A stretch of 64,000 nt of DNA, from positions 1 through 64,000 of the forward strand of contig JAOZIF010000136.1 in the NCBI GenBank assembly GCA_026014495.1. The letters are read 5' to 3'. Each line of letters begins with the position of its first letter. Within the stretch, counting starts at the first letter, position 1. A program made the position numbers and the translations under genes. Of the stretch, positions 28,471 to 38,218 are shown one piece after another. A model generated the notes under the pieces. The model made no database searches. It was not told the origin of the DNA and saw only the letters and a list, made by a program, of their open reading frames with translations. The DNA comes from Candidatus Bathyarchaeum sp. Its GTDB lineage: Archaea > Thermoproteota > Bathyarchaeia > Bathyarchaeales > Bathyarchaeaceae.

Positions 28471-29682
28471 ATGAGGAACATACTTGTTAATGGTTCGAAG
28501 CAGACGCCGCTTGATAAGCAACCTGTAGAGATTGTTGAACGCAAGGGTGTCGGTCATCCTGATTCGATGTGTGACGCGATTATGGATCAGGTTTCAGTGG
28601 AACTTAGCAAAGCGTACCTGAAGGAGTTTGGGGCGATTTTGCATCATAATACTGACAAGTCGTTGCTTGTTGCTGGGGATGTTGAGTGCAAGTTTGGTGG
28701 CGGTGTTGTGAATGAGCCTATGTTGCTTATTTTTGGTGACAGGGCAACTTTTGCTGCTAATGGGAAAGATATTCCTGTTGAAGATATTGCCATCAGAACT
28801 GCTAAGGCTTGGCTGAAAGAGAACATCCGTTTTGTTGACCCTGAAAAGCACATGAAGTATCAGATAGCGATTAGGCACGGCTCTCAAGGATTGACAGACA
28901 TTTTCAAGAGAGAAACTTGCATGTTTGGTGCTAACGACACTTCTGCGGCTGTAGGTTATGCGCCTTTGACTCGTACAGAGAACATGGTTTTGGCTACTGA
29001 GCGGTACATTAATTCTAAAGAGTTTAAGAAGCGGTTTCCTGTGAGTGGGGAAGACGTTAAGGTTATGGGCTACAAGAATGGCAATGTTTTGAATTTGACT
29101 ATTTGTAATGCTTTTGTTGACCGTTTTGTTTCTGACGTTAAAGATTACATGCGCAAAAAGGCTGAAATTGTGGCTGATGTGCAGGAGTGGGTGAACAAGA
29201 AAGCTGCCTTTGACAAGGTTAACGTTTACCTAAACACTTTAGATGTTGACGACCGTGGTGTTGATGGTGTCTTTTTGACTGTGCTAGGCACATGTGCAGA
29301 TGGCGCAGACTCTGGTCAGGTTGGACGAGGCAACAAAGTCAACGGAGTCATCTCACTGAATCGTCCTATCGGAACAGAAGCAGCAGCAGGAAAAAATCCA
29401 GTTAGCCACGTAGGAAAAATCTACAACGCACTAACTCATCAGATTGCAGGAAAAATCTGTGACGAAGTTCCCGAAGTTGCAGAAACATGTGTTTGGTTGC
29501 TTAGTCAAATCGGAAAACCAATCGACCAGCCCGCAATCGCTGCAGCACAGGTAGTCATGAACGACGGCGCAACGCTAGACAAAACAATTCAAGGCAGAAT
29601 CAACGAAGTAATCGACGCTGAGCTTGCAAACATCGAAAAATTCTGCGAAAAACTAACATACGGAAAAATCTCAGTCTGGTAA
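28471..29682 (+). CDS. mat: S-adenosylmethionine synthetase, archaeal type
   Basis: EIVERKGVGHPD, LHHNTDK, ANDTS, GEDVKVMG, DSGQVGRGN, EAAAGKNPVSHVGKIYN. Confidence 0.95.
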   Translation: MRNILVNGSKQTPLDKQPVEIVERKGVGHPDSMCDAIMDQVSVELSKAYLKEFGAILHHNTDKSLLVAGDVECKFGGGVVNEPMLLIFGDRATFAANGKDIPVEDIAIRTAKAWLKENIRFVDPEKHMKYQIAIRHGSQGLTDIFKRETCMFGANDTSAAVGYAPLTRTENMVLATERYINSKEFKKRFPVSGEDVKVMGYKNGNVLNLTICNAFVDRFVSDVKDYMRKKAEIVADVQEWVNKKAAFDKVNVYLNTLDVDDRGVDGVFLTVLGTCADGADSGQVGRGNKVNGVISLNRPIGTEAAAGKNPVSHVGKIYNALTHQIAGKICDEVPEVAETCVWLLSQIGKPIDQPAIAAAQVVMNDGATLDKTIQGRINEVIDAELANIEKFCEKLTYGKISVW

Positions 29683-29820
29683 AAAAACCAGACCTACCCT
29701 TTCTTCATTTTTGTTTAACAGTCTTTTTAGTGCTGGTTCTACAGGTTTTCAATAACATAGTCTGTAGTAGAGTAACGCAGGTGTGAACTTTAGGCAACAA
29801 AAGTGTGCTGTGCAAAAAAA

Positions 29821-29874
29821 TTCAGAAAAAAAGCTAGTTTTCAACAATCAACTGCTATTAGACTCCTAATATGC
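29821..29874 (+). repeat. Dispersed palindromic repeat, copy 4 (left arm of inverted pair)
   Basis: TTCAGAAAAAAAGCTAGTTTTCAACAATCAACTGCTATTAGACTCCTAATATGC. Confidence 0.85.
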
Positions 29875-30233
29875 CGCACAAAAATGTGAACAATAGCGTA
29901 TATTATTTGATTTTTAGAAAAAATCACGACAAACAAAATGCTGAGTTAAAATTTAACCCCACACACACCTGTTCGTGTTCACACGCCCGTGTACGTACGT
30001 GCGTGTGTGCTTTACAGCCCGCTCCCTCGTCCGCCTGCTCTCTCACCCACACGCCAAAAATAATAGAAACATACCCTGTGAAATCAGTTGTATATAATTA
30101 AAATCTGTAGCGATGTCGAAAAATATTTGGATTGAAAATGGGCATGGGGATTACGTTACATTGTGCCGTTTTCAGCATTAGGGACAGTAGCGATCTGTTA
30201 AGTTTGTTAAAATAACCCCCTTTCAATTGTGAG

Positions 30234-33200
30234 CTATTTCTCGGCTAATCGTTCAACCCGTGCCTTATACAAGGCGCTTGTGGCTTGATAAATGTCAAGC
30301 ATTTCCTTTTTATTTAATCCTAAAATATCACAGAAGACTATTTCATCTAGTGCTTGCCTCTCCTCAAGTAAAACTTCCTCAAAAAGAGGCTTAACTTCGT
30401 GACCTGCTATCTTATCTAATGCTTGTTCCAACTTTTTAATTATTAAAGGGTTCTTCTTTTCAATTTTTTTCATATCAAGTGTTGGTACTTCTCTCAACTC
30501 GTAAATTTTAATTTCGTTAGATATTGTTTTGTCTCTATTTTCTATGTATCTACCACAAAATTCAGTAAGCAAAGCAGTAAGGGTTGAATTAAGCACAGCG
30601 CAATGAGCCTTTGCATACTTCTTATTAAAAGGGCGTATCTCGTCCAAACAATCTGTAGCATAGAAACCCAACTTGTTATAGAATATGATGTGTCTTCCCC
30701 AATAGATACTTGGAGAAAGAATCAAACTTTTCGGTCTGCTATCCAAATCATACCAAGGCTTTCTCGAAGAGCAGGTTGGATGCTCATGATAACCAGCATA
30801 TTTTGTCGCCCTCCAAAAATGTTCCTTAGTTTCACCATACTCGATATATTCTAAGACTTTTTTTCCGCCATTTTTAAGCGCACTCTTTTTTTCTTTGCAT
30901 ATAAGCAAGTATCCATCTTTTTCAAGATTAGATATGCTTTTGTGGGGTCTTATTTTATTTAAGACAGGCTTGACATACTCCCATTCTATCCAAAAACGTT
31001 CTTTTTTGGTGCCTTTATCTATAAGAACTAAGAACTCGGGGGTTTCTTTTGTCTTGAAAAATCGATTTGGAAAACAAAAGAAATGGTTTGCGCCAGTTTT
31101 GATTGCATATTTAACATCAGCTACTTTTCGTAGAGGAATCACAAAATCTTTTGCTTGTTCCAATAGCTTAAAGAAAGCTGTGGGAGCTACCAAATATTTT
31201 CCCCATTTCGGATCGTTTCTAAGATCACATTGTCTAACAAGAACTATCTTAAAATCTTCATTTTCATAAAACCAGACTTTTCGATCTAAAAATTCAGTTT
31301 CTTTAAAATCAAATAACTTCTCAGCACATTCAATACTATTTACGAATTTATCCACTTCGCTCCAACGATAAATTTCCTGAACCATATCACGTTCGTCAGA
31401 AATTGCTGGGACCAATTTAGAGATAGGAGATTTAAGTTGAACAAATTTAACGAGATTATCATTTCTTTCTTTTTTCTGGTTGCACATTTCAAGAATTGAA
31501 ACACATGGAAGCATTTGAGCGTCAGGGAACCATTGTTCTTCATTTGATTCAATAATTGCTACAAGTTTACAATGGTCAAGGAAAAAATTCTTTAATGCTT
31601 TTCCATATTTCACATCAAGCCACGATCTCAATGTCACAAATCCAAGCCTACATTTGTCTTCCAAAAATTTTAAACTGTGAATGAAAAAGTAGGCGTAAAT
31701 ACTTGCCCTCAATGATAGATTAATATGTGGGTAGTCTTTTTGGATGGTCGCTAGTAGTGTTTCTTCCTTATAATTATGACCAAACACTTCTTCCAACATT
31801 TCTTCTTGACGTGTATATGGTGGGTTTCCGACAACTGCACACATTAGGGGCAACTTTTTCTCTATTACTGATTTATCTAACTTGGGAACTTGTACTACTG
31901 TTTCTTTTTTGGGGATACCATAAGCCTCCAAAGTATGCTGTACTCCAATATCTACTTGTGATCTTGGAAAAACCTCAAAGAAATCATTGTACACTATGTT
32001 TGGATAGTTCTTTTCTACCGTCAAATCTCTTATTGCGAGATTTATTGTAGAAAGGTGAGCGGGAAACTTAGCGATATCGACTCCCCAAAGCCGTCGGAGT
32101 AAATCTTTGTGAGATATTTTGCCTTCCAAATACTTGAGTCGGTAATATGACCTTACAAGAAATGTTCCTGAACCACAGGCAGGATCGAGTACTATATCTT
32201 GTTTATTTTTTACACAAAATCCTATAATCAAATCAACAATATCCGATCGAGTGAAATATTGACCTAAAGTATGGCGCTCTGTTGTTGGAATTATTTTCTC
32301 GAAAACTTTTCCGATAATATCGTAGCCAATGTTGGAATAATCAAGTGTTTGTAAGTAGCCAATTGTTCTAATTAATTCAGATATAGTATCACTGGGGAGA
32401 GGAATTTTATCAACAAAGTTCGTTTGAAAAACTGTTTCATAATTTCCAGATTTCTCTATACCTATGTTAAAAAATGTTTGAAGGAGCGTATAGAATGTGT
32501 CTGAAGTCAATCCTTTTGGTAAAGTAAGTTCGGGTAAAGCATATTTGACTTTAAGAACATTATAAAATAGCAATTTATTCACGAAAATATACGTATATTG
32601 TTTTGCTAAAATTATACAATATTCTTCAAGTTTTGTTTTGTTTCCTTTTGGATCGTCCCAACCATTATCCGCTAACCACACTTCGAATTTCAGTCGATAG
32701 TCTGAGTCCTCAATATATCTTGAAACAAGCTCGTTTACTAAATGCGTTGTGCTGACAATACCGTTGATGTAGTTATGCAGAACTTCCACTATGCTCTCAT
32801 CTATGGGTTTTGGAGGTTCCCCTTCAAGAAATTTTGAAAACCATAAAAGAAATCTTTTGAAGGAGCCTCGAATTTCATCGGTTTTTCTGAAATATTCTTG
32901 CAGTTCTTTTACATATGTGATAGCGAACTCGGCAATTCTTTTGAGTGTTACAGCATCCCATAATACAAGAAAGTTCACATTATGAGTTGCAAAATATCTT
33001 ATGTGTGGACGATAATTTTCTACATATCCTATTGTTTGCTCAATAACTTCAGGATTGTAAGGTGCATCCATTTCCTCTGGACGTTTTACTTCAATTAGAA
33101 AAAAACAGTTGTTCTTATCATCTAAGAAAAGTATATCGGCACGTTTCCTTTCCTTTACCATCTCAACTTTTACTTTTCCAAGTGGCAAATTATTTTCTTT

Positions 33201-33266
33201 TATTATTTGCCCTATCCACTCTTTCAGGTCACTCGCATAAGTTGGTTCAGTAGGCTCCCCACTCAA
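30234..33266 (-). CDS. Type IIG restriction-modification enzyme (REase-N6-methyltransferase-TRD fusion)
   Basis: N-terminal RADILF...FLIEVKRP nuclease motif; LGQYFT, DPACGSGTFL (motif I), GNPPY (motif IV), C-terminal TRD. Start placed at TTG 33266 behind AGGGA. Confidence 0.9.
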   Translation of the reverse strand: MSGEPTEPTYASDLKEWIGQIIKENNLPLGKVKVEMVKERKRADILFLDDKNNCFFLIEVKRPEEMDAPYNPEVIEQTIGYVENYRPHIRYFATHNVNFLVLWDAVTLKRIAEFAITYVKELQEYFRKTDEIRGSFKRFLLWFSKFLEGEPPKPIDESIVEVLHNYINGIVSTTHLVNELVSRYIEDSDYRLKFEVWLADNGWDDPKGNKTKLEEYCIILAKQYTYIFVNKLLFYNVLKVKYALPELTLPKGLTSDTFYTLLQTFFNIGIEKSGNYETVFQTNFVDKIPLPSDTISELIRTIGYLQTLDYSNIGYDIIGKVFEKIIPTTERHTLGQYFTRSDIVDLIIGFCVKNKQDIVLDPACGSGTFLVRSYYRLKYLEGKISHKDLLRRLWGVDIAKFPAHLSTINLAIRDLTVEKNYPNIVYNDFFEVFPRSQVDIGVQHTLEAYGIPKKETVVQVPKLDKSVIEKKLPLMCAVVGNPPYTRQEEMLEEVFGHNYKEETLLATIQKDYPHINLSLRASIYAYFFIHSLKFLEDKCRLGFVTLRSWLDVKYGKALKNFFLDHCKLVAIIESNEEQWFPDAQMLPCVSILEMCNQKKERNDNLVKFVQLKSPISKLVPAISDERDMVQEIYRWSEVDKFVNSIECAEKLFDFKETEFLDRKVWFYENEDFKIVLVRQCDLRNDPKWGKYLVAPTAFFKLLEQAKDFVIPLRKVADVKYAIKTGANHFFCFPNRFFKTKETPEFLVLIDKGTKKERFWIEWEYVKPVLNKIRPHKSISNLEKDGYLLICKEKKSALKNGGKKVLEYIEYGETKEHFWRATKYAGYHEHPTCSSRKPWYDLDSRPKSLILSPSIYWGRHIIFYNKLGFYATDCLDEIRPFNKKYAKAHCAVLNSTLTALLTEFCGRYIENRDKTISNEIKIYELREVPTLDMKKIEKKNPLIIKKLEQALDKIAGHEVKPLFEEVLLEERQALDEIVFCDILGLNKKEMLDIYQATSALYKARVERLAEK

Positions 33267-33596
33267 CGCAATCCCTAGTCTATTAATTTGTTTATAATTT
33301 ATAAGCTTACAAAAAATTGGATTTTTTTTAAAAAATTCACCATCCAAAAGAAGCATGGTGGTGTGGCATTTACGCCAAAAGACAATTTTCAGTCGATTCC
33401 CCCGCAAGAAGTTTTCATATTTCCTGTCCTCCTACGTGTTCCTAATATTGCAAAGAACGGGAATGTCAAGATAATATTCTCTTCAGAAAACAGTTGGGGA
33501 ATGAAAGAAATCTTGATTCCATTTGAGATTGTTAAGTTAAGTCCTATTGTTTCTAAAAAATATTTACTCGTTTTTTAGCTTTGTTAACAGCCTTTT

Positions 33597-33773
33597 TCAG
33601 AAGCTCAGATTTGCTATTCTTGGTTTCCATAATGTATGTTCACTTCTCAAATATTTTGCTAAAAGTAAAGCTTCTTCATTTATCAGGGTTTCAAGGGTTT
33701 GTTTTTTGCCGTGTCTTATTCTTGGGCGTTTTGCTTCTGACCCCAACTTTGCGGTGTTTTTGTTGATTGTGTG
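33597..33773 (-). pseudogene. Possible remnant of a solo-Cas1/casposase-like C-terminus
   Basis: Start-less frame encodes PRIRHGKKQTLETLINEEALLLAKYLRSEHTLWKPRI*, resembling the Cas1 C-terminal helix (LAKYLR...P). Assignment from memory, unverified. Confidence 0.4.
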
Positions 33774-34022
33774 TTATTTGTTGTTTGTTGTGAATAGTTC
33801 TAGTAATAGTTCGTAGAGTTCGTTTCCGCCTTCTATTTTGGTGAATAGTGTTTTTTCTGCGGTGAGTATTTTTTGTGCTGTGTCGCAGGTTCGTCTCCAT
33901 TCTAGTTCTTTCCACATGAGCTTGTAGTTTTTGTGCTCCACCCATGCCCGAAACACCAGCACAGTAAACATTGCTACGGTAACCAAAAGATTTAGAACAT
34001 AAATGCTTAGCAAATCCAACAT
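33774..34022 (-). CDS. Small hypothetical membrane protein
   Basis: ATG behind GAGGCGG; one N-terminal TM helix followed by a charged helix; 82 aa. Confidence 0.6.
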   Translation of the reverse strand: MLDLLSIYVLNLLVTVAMFTVLVFRAWVEHKNYKLMWKELEWRRTCDTAQKILTAEKTLFTKIEGGNELYELLLELFTTNNK

Positions 34023-34262
34023 AACCGCCTCAATATACTGTTTAGTTTCTGTAGATTCATAAGATTTATTACCGCAAAACAGAGTATCGGTTTTTGCTCT
34101 CACCGAGATGAAACCTGCGCTGCACGCATAAATCCCATTTCATGTATCATCTCAACGCGAGATATCCAAAATTTGATTATATTGGGTAGCGTGGTACAGG
34201 CTCCGGTGAGAGCACAACTTTACATTCAATTTAACACCCGAAATAAAGAGACTCATACGCCT

Positions 34263-34320
34263 CAAGCATATTAGGAGACTAATAGCAGAATATTGTTGAA
34301 AACTAGCTTTTCTGAAATTT
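34263..34320 (-). repeat. Dispersed palindromic repeat, copy 5 (right arm of inverted pair)
   Basis: Reverse complement AAATTTCAGAAAAGCTAGTTTTCAACAATATTCTGCTATTAGTCTCCTAATATGCTTG; shares the TTCAGAAAA..GCTAG variant with copy 4. Confidence 0.9.
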
Positions 34321-34323
34321 TTA

Positions 34324-35394
34324 CTAGCAACCACCAATCAAGTCACTGAAAAGCTTGAGTGCTTCCTTTTTTTCTTTGAAGCCTTCAACAATCATAACTC
34401 CGCTTTTTAGAACACTCACCTTAACATCGTCACGAATAGAAGTCAACCCCAACTTACCTTTAGCTTTGAAACTAAACCCTCGTTTAATCAATACTTCCTC
34501 CACCTCTACAAGGTTAACTTCCAAGTTTTCTGTTGGAACTATAACATATGTTCTCTTTCCGTTACGTCCACAAACTTCTTCCACGACTTCATTTTTTAGC
34601 TGCACAGCAGAACCTGACACTTTTACTCCACAGACGGGACACGAATCAACGTTTGAGAGATTAATCTCGTTAAATTCCAGTTCCTCCAAGTCAAAATGCA
34701 AAAGCTTGTTGACTAACCGCGGCTTCTTTCCCGTAAGTATCCTGATTGCCTCGCTGACTTCTAGACTTGCAATAATATTCACCAAAGACGGGTGAACACC
34801 CACCACCCCACATTTAGGCAACTTTTTGTCATCAAGATTCCCATAAAAACACTCAAGGCACGCTGTTTCCCCCGGAACAATCGTGGACAAGTTACCTGTA
34901 GTAGCTACTGCTGCTCCAAAAACGTAAGGTACCCCAAGCTTGTTGCAAGCTCTGTTTACTGCATAACGTGCAGCCATACTATCCAAGCCATCAACCACAA
35001 CATCCATTCCCTGAACAAGGTCTTCTGCGTTGGTCTGGTTTACTGAAAACGTAAGAGGCTCAATGTTGATGTAGGGATTCAGCTTCTCTAACCGTTTGGC
35101 GGCAGCCTCAACCTTCGCAAACCCAACATCATCAACACCATAAAGGTGCTGACGGTGCAAATTAGTTCGCTCTACTACATCGCGGTCAACAATCCGTAGA
35201 TGCCCAACTCCCATAGCCGCCAGCTGCATCGCCGCAGGAGAGCCTAACCCGCCTACACCAAGCAAACAAGCTTTAGAATTTTTTAGTTTCAGCTGAGCGT
35301 TGTAGCCCATTTCAGCCATAACAACCTGTCTTGAATAGTAATCTAGCTCTTCTTTTGAAAGCTCTGCTGTAACTGGCTGTTTAGGCTTAACTAT
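34324..35394 (-). CDS. ThiF/MoeB/UbaA-family E1-like adenylyltransferase; probable ATA start
   Basis: GVGGLG, DRDVVERTNLHRQ, DGLDS...R, CLEC, CPVCG. The conserved LSKEELDYYSRQ lies upstream of the first Met; ATA at 35394 follows GGGGTGA. Confidence 0.9.
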   Translation of the reverse strand: MVKPKQPVTAELSKEELDYYSRQVVMAEMGYNAQLKLKNSKACLLGVGGLGSPAAMQLAAMGVGHLRIVDRDVVERTNLHRQHLYGVDDVGFAKVEAAAKRLEKLNPYINIEPLTFSVNQTNAEDLVQGMDVVVDGLDSMAARYAVNRACNKLGVPYVFGAAVATTGNLSTIVPGETACLECFYGNLDDKKLPKCGVVGVHPSLVNIIASLEVSEAIRILTGKKPRLVNKLLHFDLEELEFNEINLSNVDSCPVCGVKVSGSAVQLKNEVVEEVCGRNGKRTYVIVPTENLEVNLVEVEEVLIKRGFSFKAKGKLGLTSIRDDVKVSVLKSGVMIVEGFKEKKEALKLFSDLIGGC

Positions 35395-35507
35395 CTTTTT
35401 TCACCCCAAAGAGTTGGCTCATGCTCAACAAAGCAACTGACCATATTAAAAGAACCGTTCCCCTCAGCTTTTAAATAAATTCCCCAAAAGAACAACCTAA
35501 ACCAAAA

Positions 35508-35792
35508 CTAACTGGTTAAAGCCGAAACCAAGACCCGTTCAGCTTCATCTACAGTAATATTATTGACTAAAAACCGCTTTTGCCTTGAAGTACAACCTGA
35601 AACAATATCAACTCTACGACCAAAAAGCCGCGAAAAACGCTTCAACAACTCTTTGTTAACCTTGCCCTTCACTGGAGCTTCACAACACGACACAACCAAC
35701 TCATCTTCATCCAGCTCCATACGAAACTGCTTTGCGTTTGGCTTAACATGCACATCAAAAACAACGCCCTGAGCAGTCTCCAACAACTTCAT
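35508..35792 (-). CDS. DUF167 (YggU-like) protein
   Basis: VHVKPNA, PVKGKVN.EL...SR.FG..V.IVSG.TSR.K. Confidence 0.85.
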   Translation of the reverse strand: MKLLETAQGVVFDVHVKPNAKQFRMELDEDELVVSCCEAPVKGKVNKELLKRFSRLFGRRVDIVSGCTSRQKRFLVNNITVDEAERVLVSALTS

Positions 35793-35904
35793 GCCATACC
35801 ACAACACATGAGCAATTAACATTCAAGGAAGGCTTACACCGTTATTTAACAGTAATCAAGCCTTTAATAGGCGCCCAGTTAAGACTCATTGAAGGCAAAC
35901 TAAA

Positions 35905-37245
35905 ATGCTAAAAGACGCTTGGACGCTCGCCATAGAAACACTAAGCTGGATTGAACTAAAACGAATGGGTGAGCGCCTAGCATTAACAAAAGCCACAAAA
36001 CAACTTAAAATCAAAGACCCAAAAGCAATCGGATTAGCCCACAGACTAGTATCCGAAACGCTCAGAAAAAAGAATTACATAGACCTTCTACTAAACTCTG
36101 TTTTGGAACCCCAAACAATCAATGACCTAAAACTGGGACCCAGAGTTTTCCTTCGTCTATATGTTCACGAAACAAAATTTGCAGACGAAAGCCTAGACAA
36201 AGCTCAAAGAATAGCACGAATGGGACGCACAATACTGGGATGGTGGAAACTCAAAGACGTAGAAGAAGTTCTAGGCAAAATCCTAAGTATCAACCCAGAA
36301 ACCCTCATAGCCAGATTAGAAGAAACAGAGAAAATAGGCCTCCAAACATACCACCCCACATGGTTTGTGAAATACTGCTTTAGGCTCCTTGGAAGAGGAG
36401 AAGCCCTAAAATTCCTAGAAAAATCTGCAGAAATTACTCCCACTTACGTGCGACTAAACACCCTAAAGGCACCAGAACAAACCCTAATCAAAGACATACA
36501 AGACGAAAAAGTAGTTCTAGAAAAAGTTCCTCAACTCAAACACACCTACAAACTAATCGAAACAAACAAGCCACTCACAAGAACACAAAGCTTCAGGCAA
36601 GGACTATTCTACATACAAGACAAAGCCAGTTGCCTAGCAGCCGAAATCGCAGACCCCAAACAAAACAATACAGTGCTTGACGTATGCGCAGCCCCAGGCT
36701 CCAAAACAACATACCTAGCGCAGCTGATGAACAACACTGGAACAATCGTTTCCGTTGACTACTCAAAACGAAGAATAAAAGTATGGAAAAAAGAAACAAA
36801 CCACATGGGCACAACAAACGTTCACTCAATAGTAGCTGACGCAAGAAATACTCTGCCCTTGAATATTTCTGCAGACTTGGTGATTTTAGACCCTCCATGC
36901 ACAAGCACAGGAACCTTCGGCAAAACACCAGACGCAAAATGGCGTCTCACCAAACGGTCAATGCTGGGCATGTCAAAAATTCAATCAGAAATGATAGAAC
37001 AGTGCTCAGAATACGTGAAGCATAACGGCTTTCTGGTCTATTCCACCTGCAGCATAACCTTAGAAGAAAACGAACTGGTGATCGAAAAGTTTCTGAAATT
37101 GCACCCCGAATTCAAGCTAGTCGAATCAAAGCCCAGAATCGGATTGCCTGGACTTAGAGGACTAAATAAGTGTCAAAGGCTGTATCCACACATTCATGAA
37201 TGCAATGGGTTTTTTGTGGCAAAACTAAAAAAAGAAACAAAATAA
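35905..37245 (+). CDS. RsmB/NOP2-family RNA m5C methyltransferase with NusB-like N-terminus
   Basis: YIQDKAS, LDVCAAPGSKT, LDPPCTSTG, YSTCS...ENE, GFFVAKL. Confidence 0.92.
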   Translation: MLKDAWTLAIETLSWIELKRMGERLALTKATKQLKIKDPKAIGLAHRLVSETLRKKNYIDLLLNSVLEPQTINDLKLGPRVFLRLYVHETKFADESLDKAQRIARMGRTILGWWKLKDVEEVLGKILSINPETLIARLEETEKIGLQTYHPTWFVKYCFRLLGRGEALKFLEKSAEITPTYVRLNTLKAPEQTLIKDIQDEKVVLEKVPQLKHTYKLIETNKPLTRTQSFRQGLFYIQDKASCLAAEIADPKQNNTVLDVCAAPGSKTTYLAQLMNNTGTIVSVDYSKRRIKVWKKETNHMGTTNVHSIVADARNTLPLNISADLVILDPPCTSTGTFGKTPDAKWRLTKRSMLGMSKIQSEMIEQCSEYVKHNGFLVYSTCSITLEENELVIEKFLKLHPEFKLVESKPRIGLPGLRGLNKCQRLYPHIHECNGFFVAKLKKETK

Positions 37246-37256
37246 CCTGTTCAGAC

Positions 37257-38153
37257 CTAGCTTTTTTGTGAACTCTCTAGAAAGCCTAGCACTTCAAAGA
37301 GGACTTTTGTAGCTTGGATAGCGGTTACGCCTTGGTCATAGTTAGGCGCCACCTCAACAACATCAAAGCCAACAACTCGATGGTCACACACAACCTGCAG
37401 AAGGTCCAACAGAGTTGCAGTGTCCAGTCCTTCAGGTTCAGGGTTTGGAACAGCAGGCACAATCGAGGGGTCCAACACGTCCATGTCTATTGTAACATAA
37501 ATTTTTTTGTAACCCTTAAGGGCGTTCTTGATTGTTTCAGCCGTTTTCTTGACGCCCTCCTTTCGTATTTCATGTGCAGTTAGATAGTCGATTCCAGCCT
37601 CTTTTGCGTAGTCAAGCTCTTCTTTACATACTGCGCGAGTTCCAATCTCCAAAATCTTGGCGGGTTTAACATCCTCGTTTATTCGCCGCATGAACGTTGT
37701 ATGAGAAACATCAAGACCAAGATAGCTGTCGCGCAGGTCTAAGTGAGCATCAAAACTCACCACAGCAACATCTTCACCAAGGCTACGTGCAACACCCAAC
37801 GTAATAGTGTGCTCACCTCCAATAAACACCGCAACCTTGTCGTCGTCAAAAATGTCCTTTGCAACCAAAGCCAAGCGCCCCAAAGTTAATTCGACATCTC
37901 CAGCAACATGCAAGTCCCCTAAATCGTGAGTTTTCAGGTCCTCAACATCAACGCCCGTTCTGAAACTGTAACACTCAACATTTTGGGAAGCATCCCTGAT
38001 TGCAAGAGGCGCAAATTTTGCTCCACAACGGTAAGTGCTTGTTACGTCGAATGGGACTCCTAAAATCACATACTTTGCTAATTCAAAGCTTTCTTGGCTG
38101 CCCGTGAATACGGGAGATGGGGATACAAAGAGTTCACGGTAACTCAAGCTCAA
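37257..38153 (-). CDS. speB: Agmatinase
   Basis: GVPFD.T, GGEHTIT, FDAHLDLRD, SHTT, TIDMDVLDP, FDVVEVAP. Confidence 0.93.
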   Translation of the reverse strand: MSLSYRELFVSPSPVFTGSQESFELAKYVILGVPFDVTSTYRCGAKFAPLAIRDASQNVECYSFRTGVDVEDLKTHDLGDLHVAGDVELTLGRLALVAKDIFDDDKVAVFIGGEHTITLGVARSLGEDVAVVSFDAHLDLRDSYLGLDVSHTTFMRRINEDVKPAKILEIGTRAVCKEELDYAKEAGIDYLTAHEIRKEGVKKTAETIKNALKGYKKIYVTIDMDVLDPSIVPAVPNPEPEGLDTATLLDLLQVVCDHRVVGFDVVEVAPNYDQGVTAIQATKVLFEVLGFLESSQKS

Positions 38154-38218
38154 TCACTCCTTAGAAAAAATAATCACACATGAATCAACTGTAACATAAG
38201 AAAAGGAAAGATTTAGGA

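Noticed and set aside
33267-33407. N-terminal extension of the R-M ORF given by the ORF track (start 33407)
   Set aside because: The extension has no recognisable domain character; TTG 33266 has an SD-like AGGGA and directly precedes the nuclease-like region.
29800-34340. Target-site duplication around the inverted-repeat element
   Set aside because: Sequences outside copy 4 and copy 5 show no convincing direct repeat.
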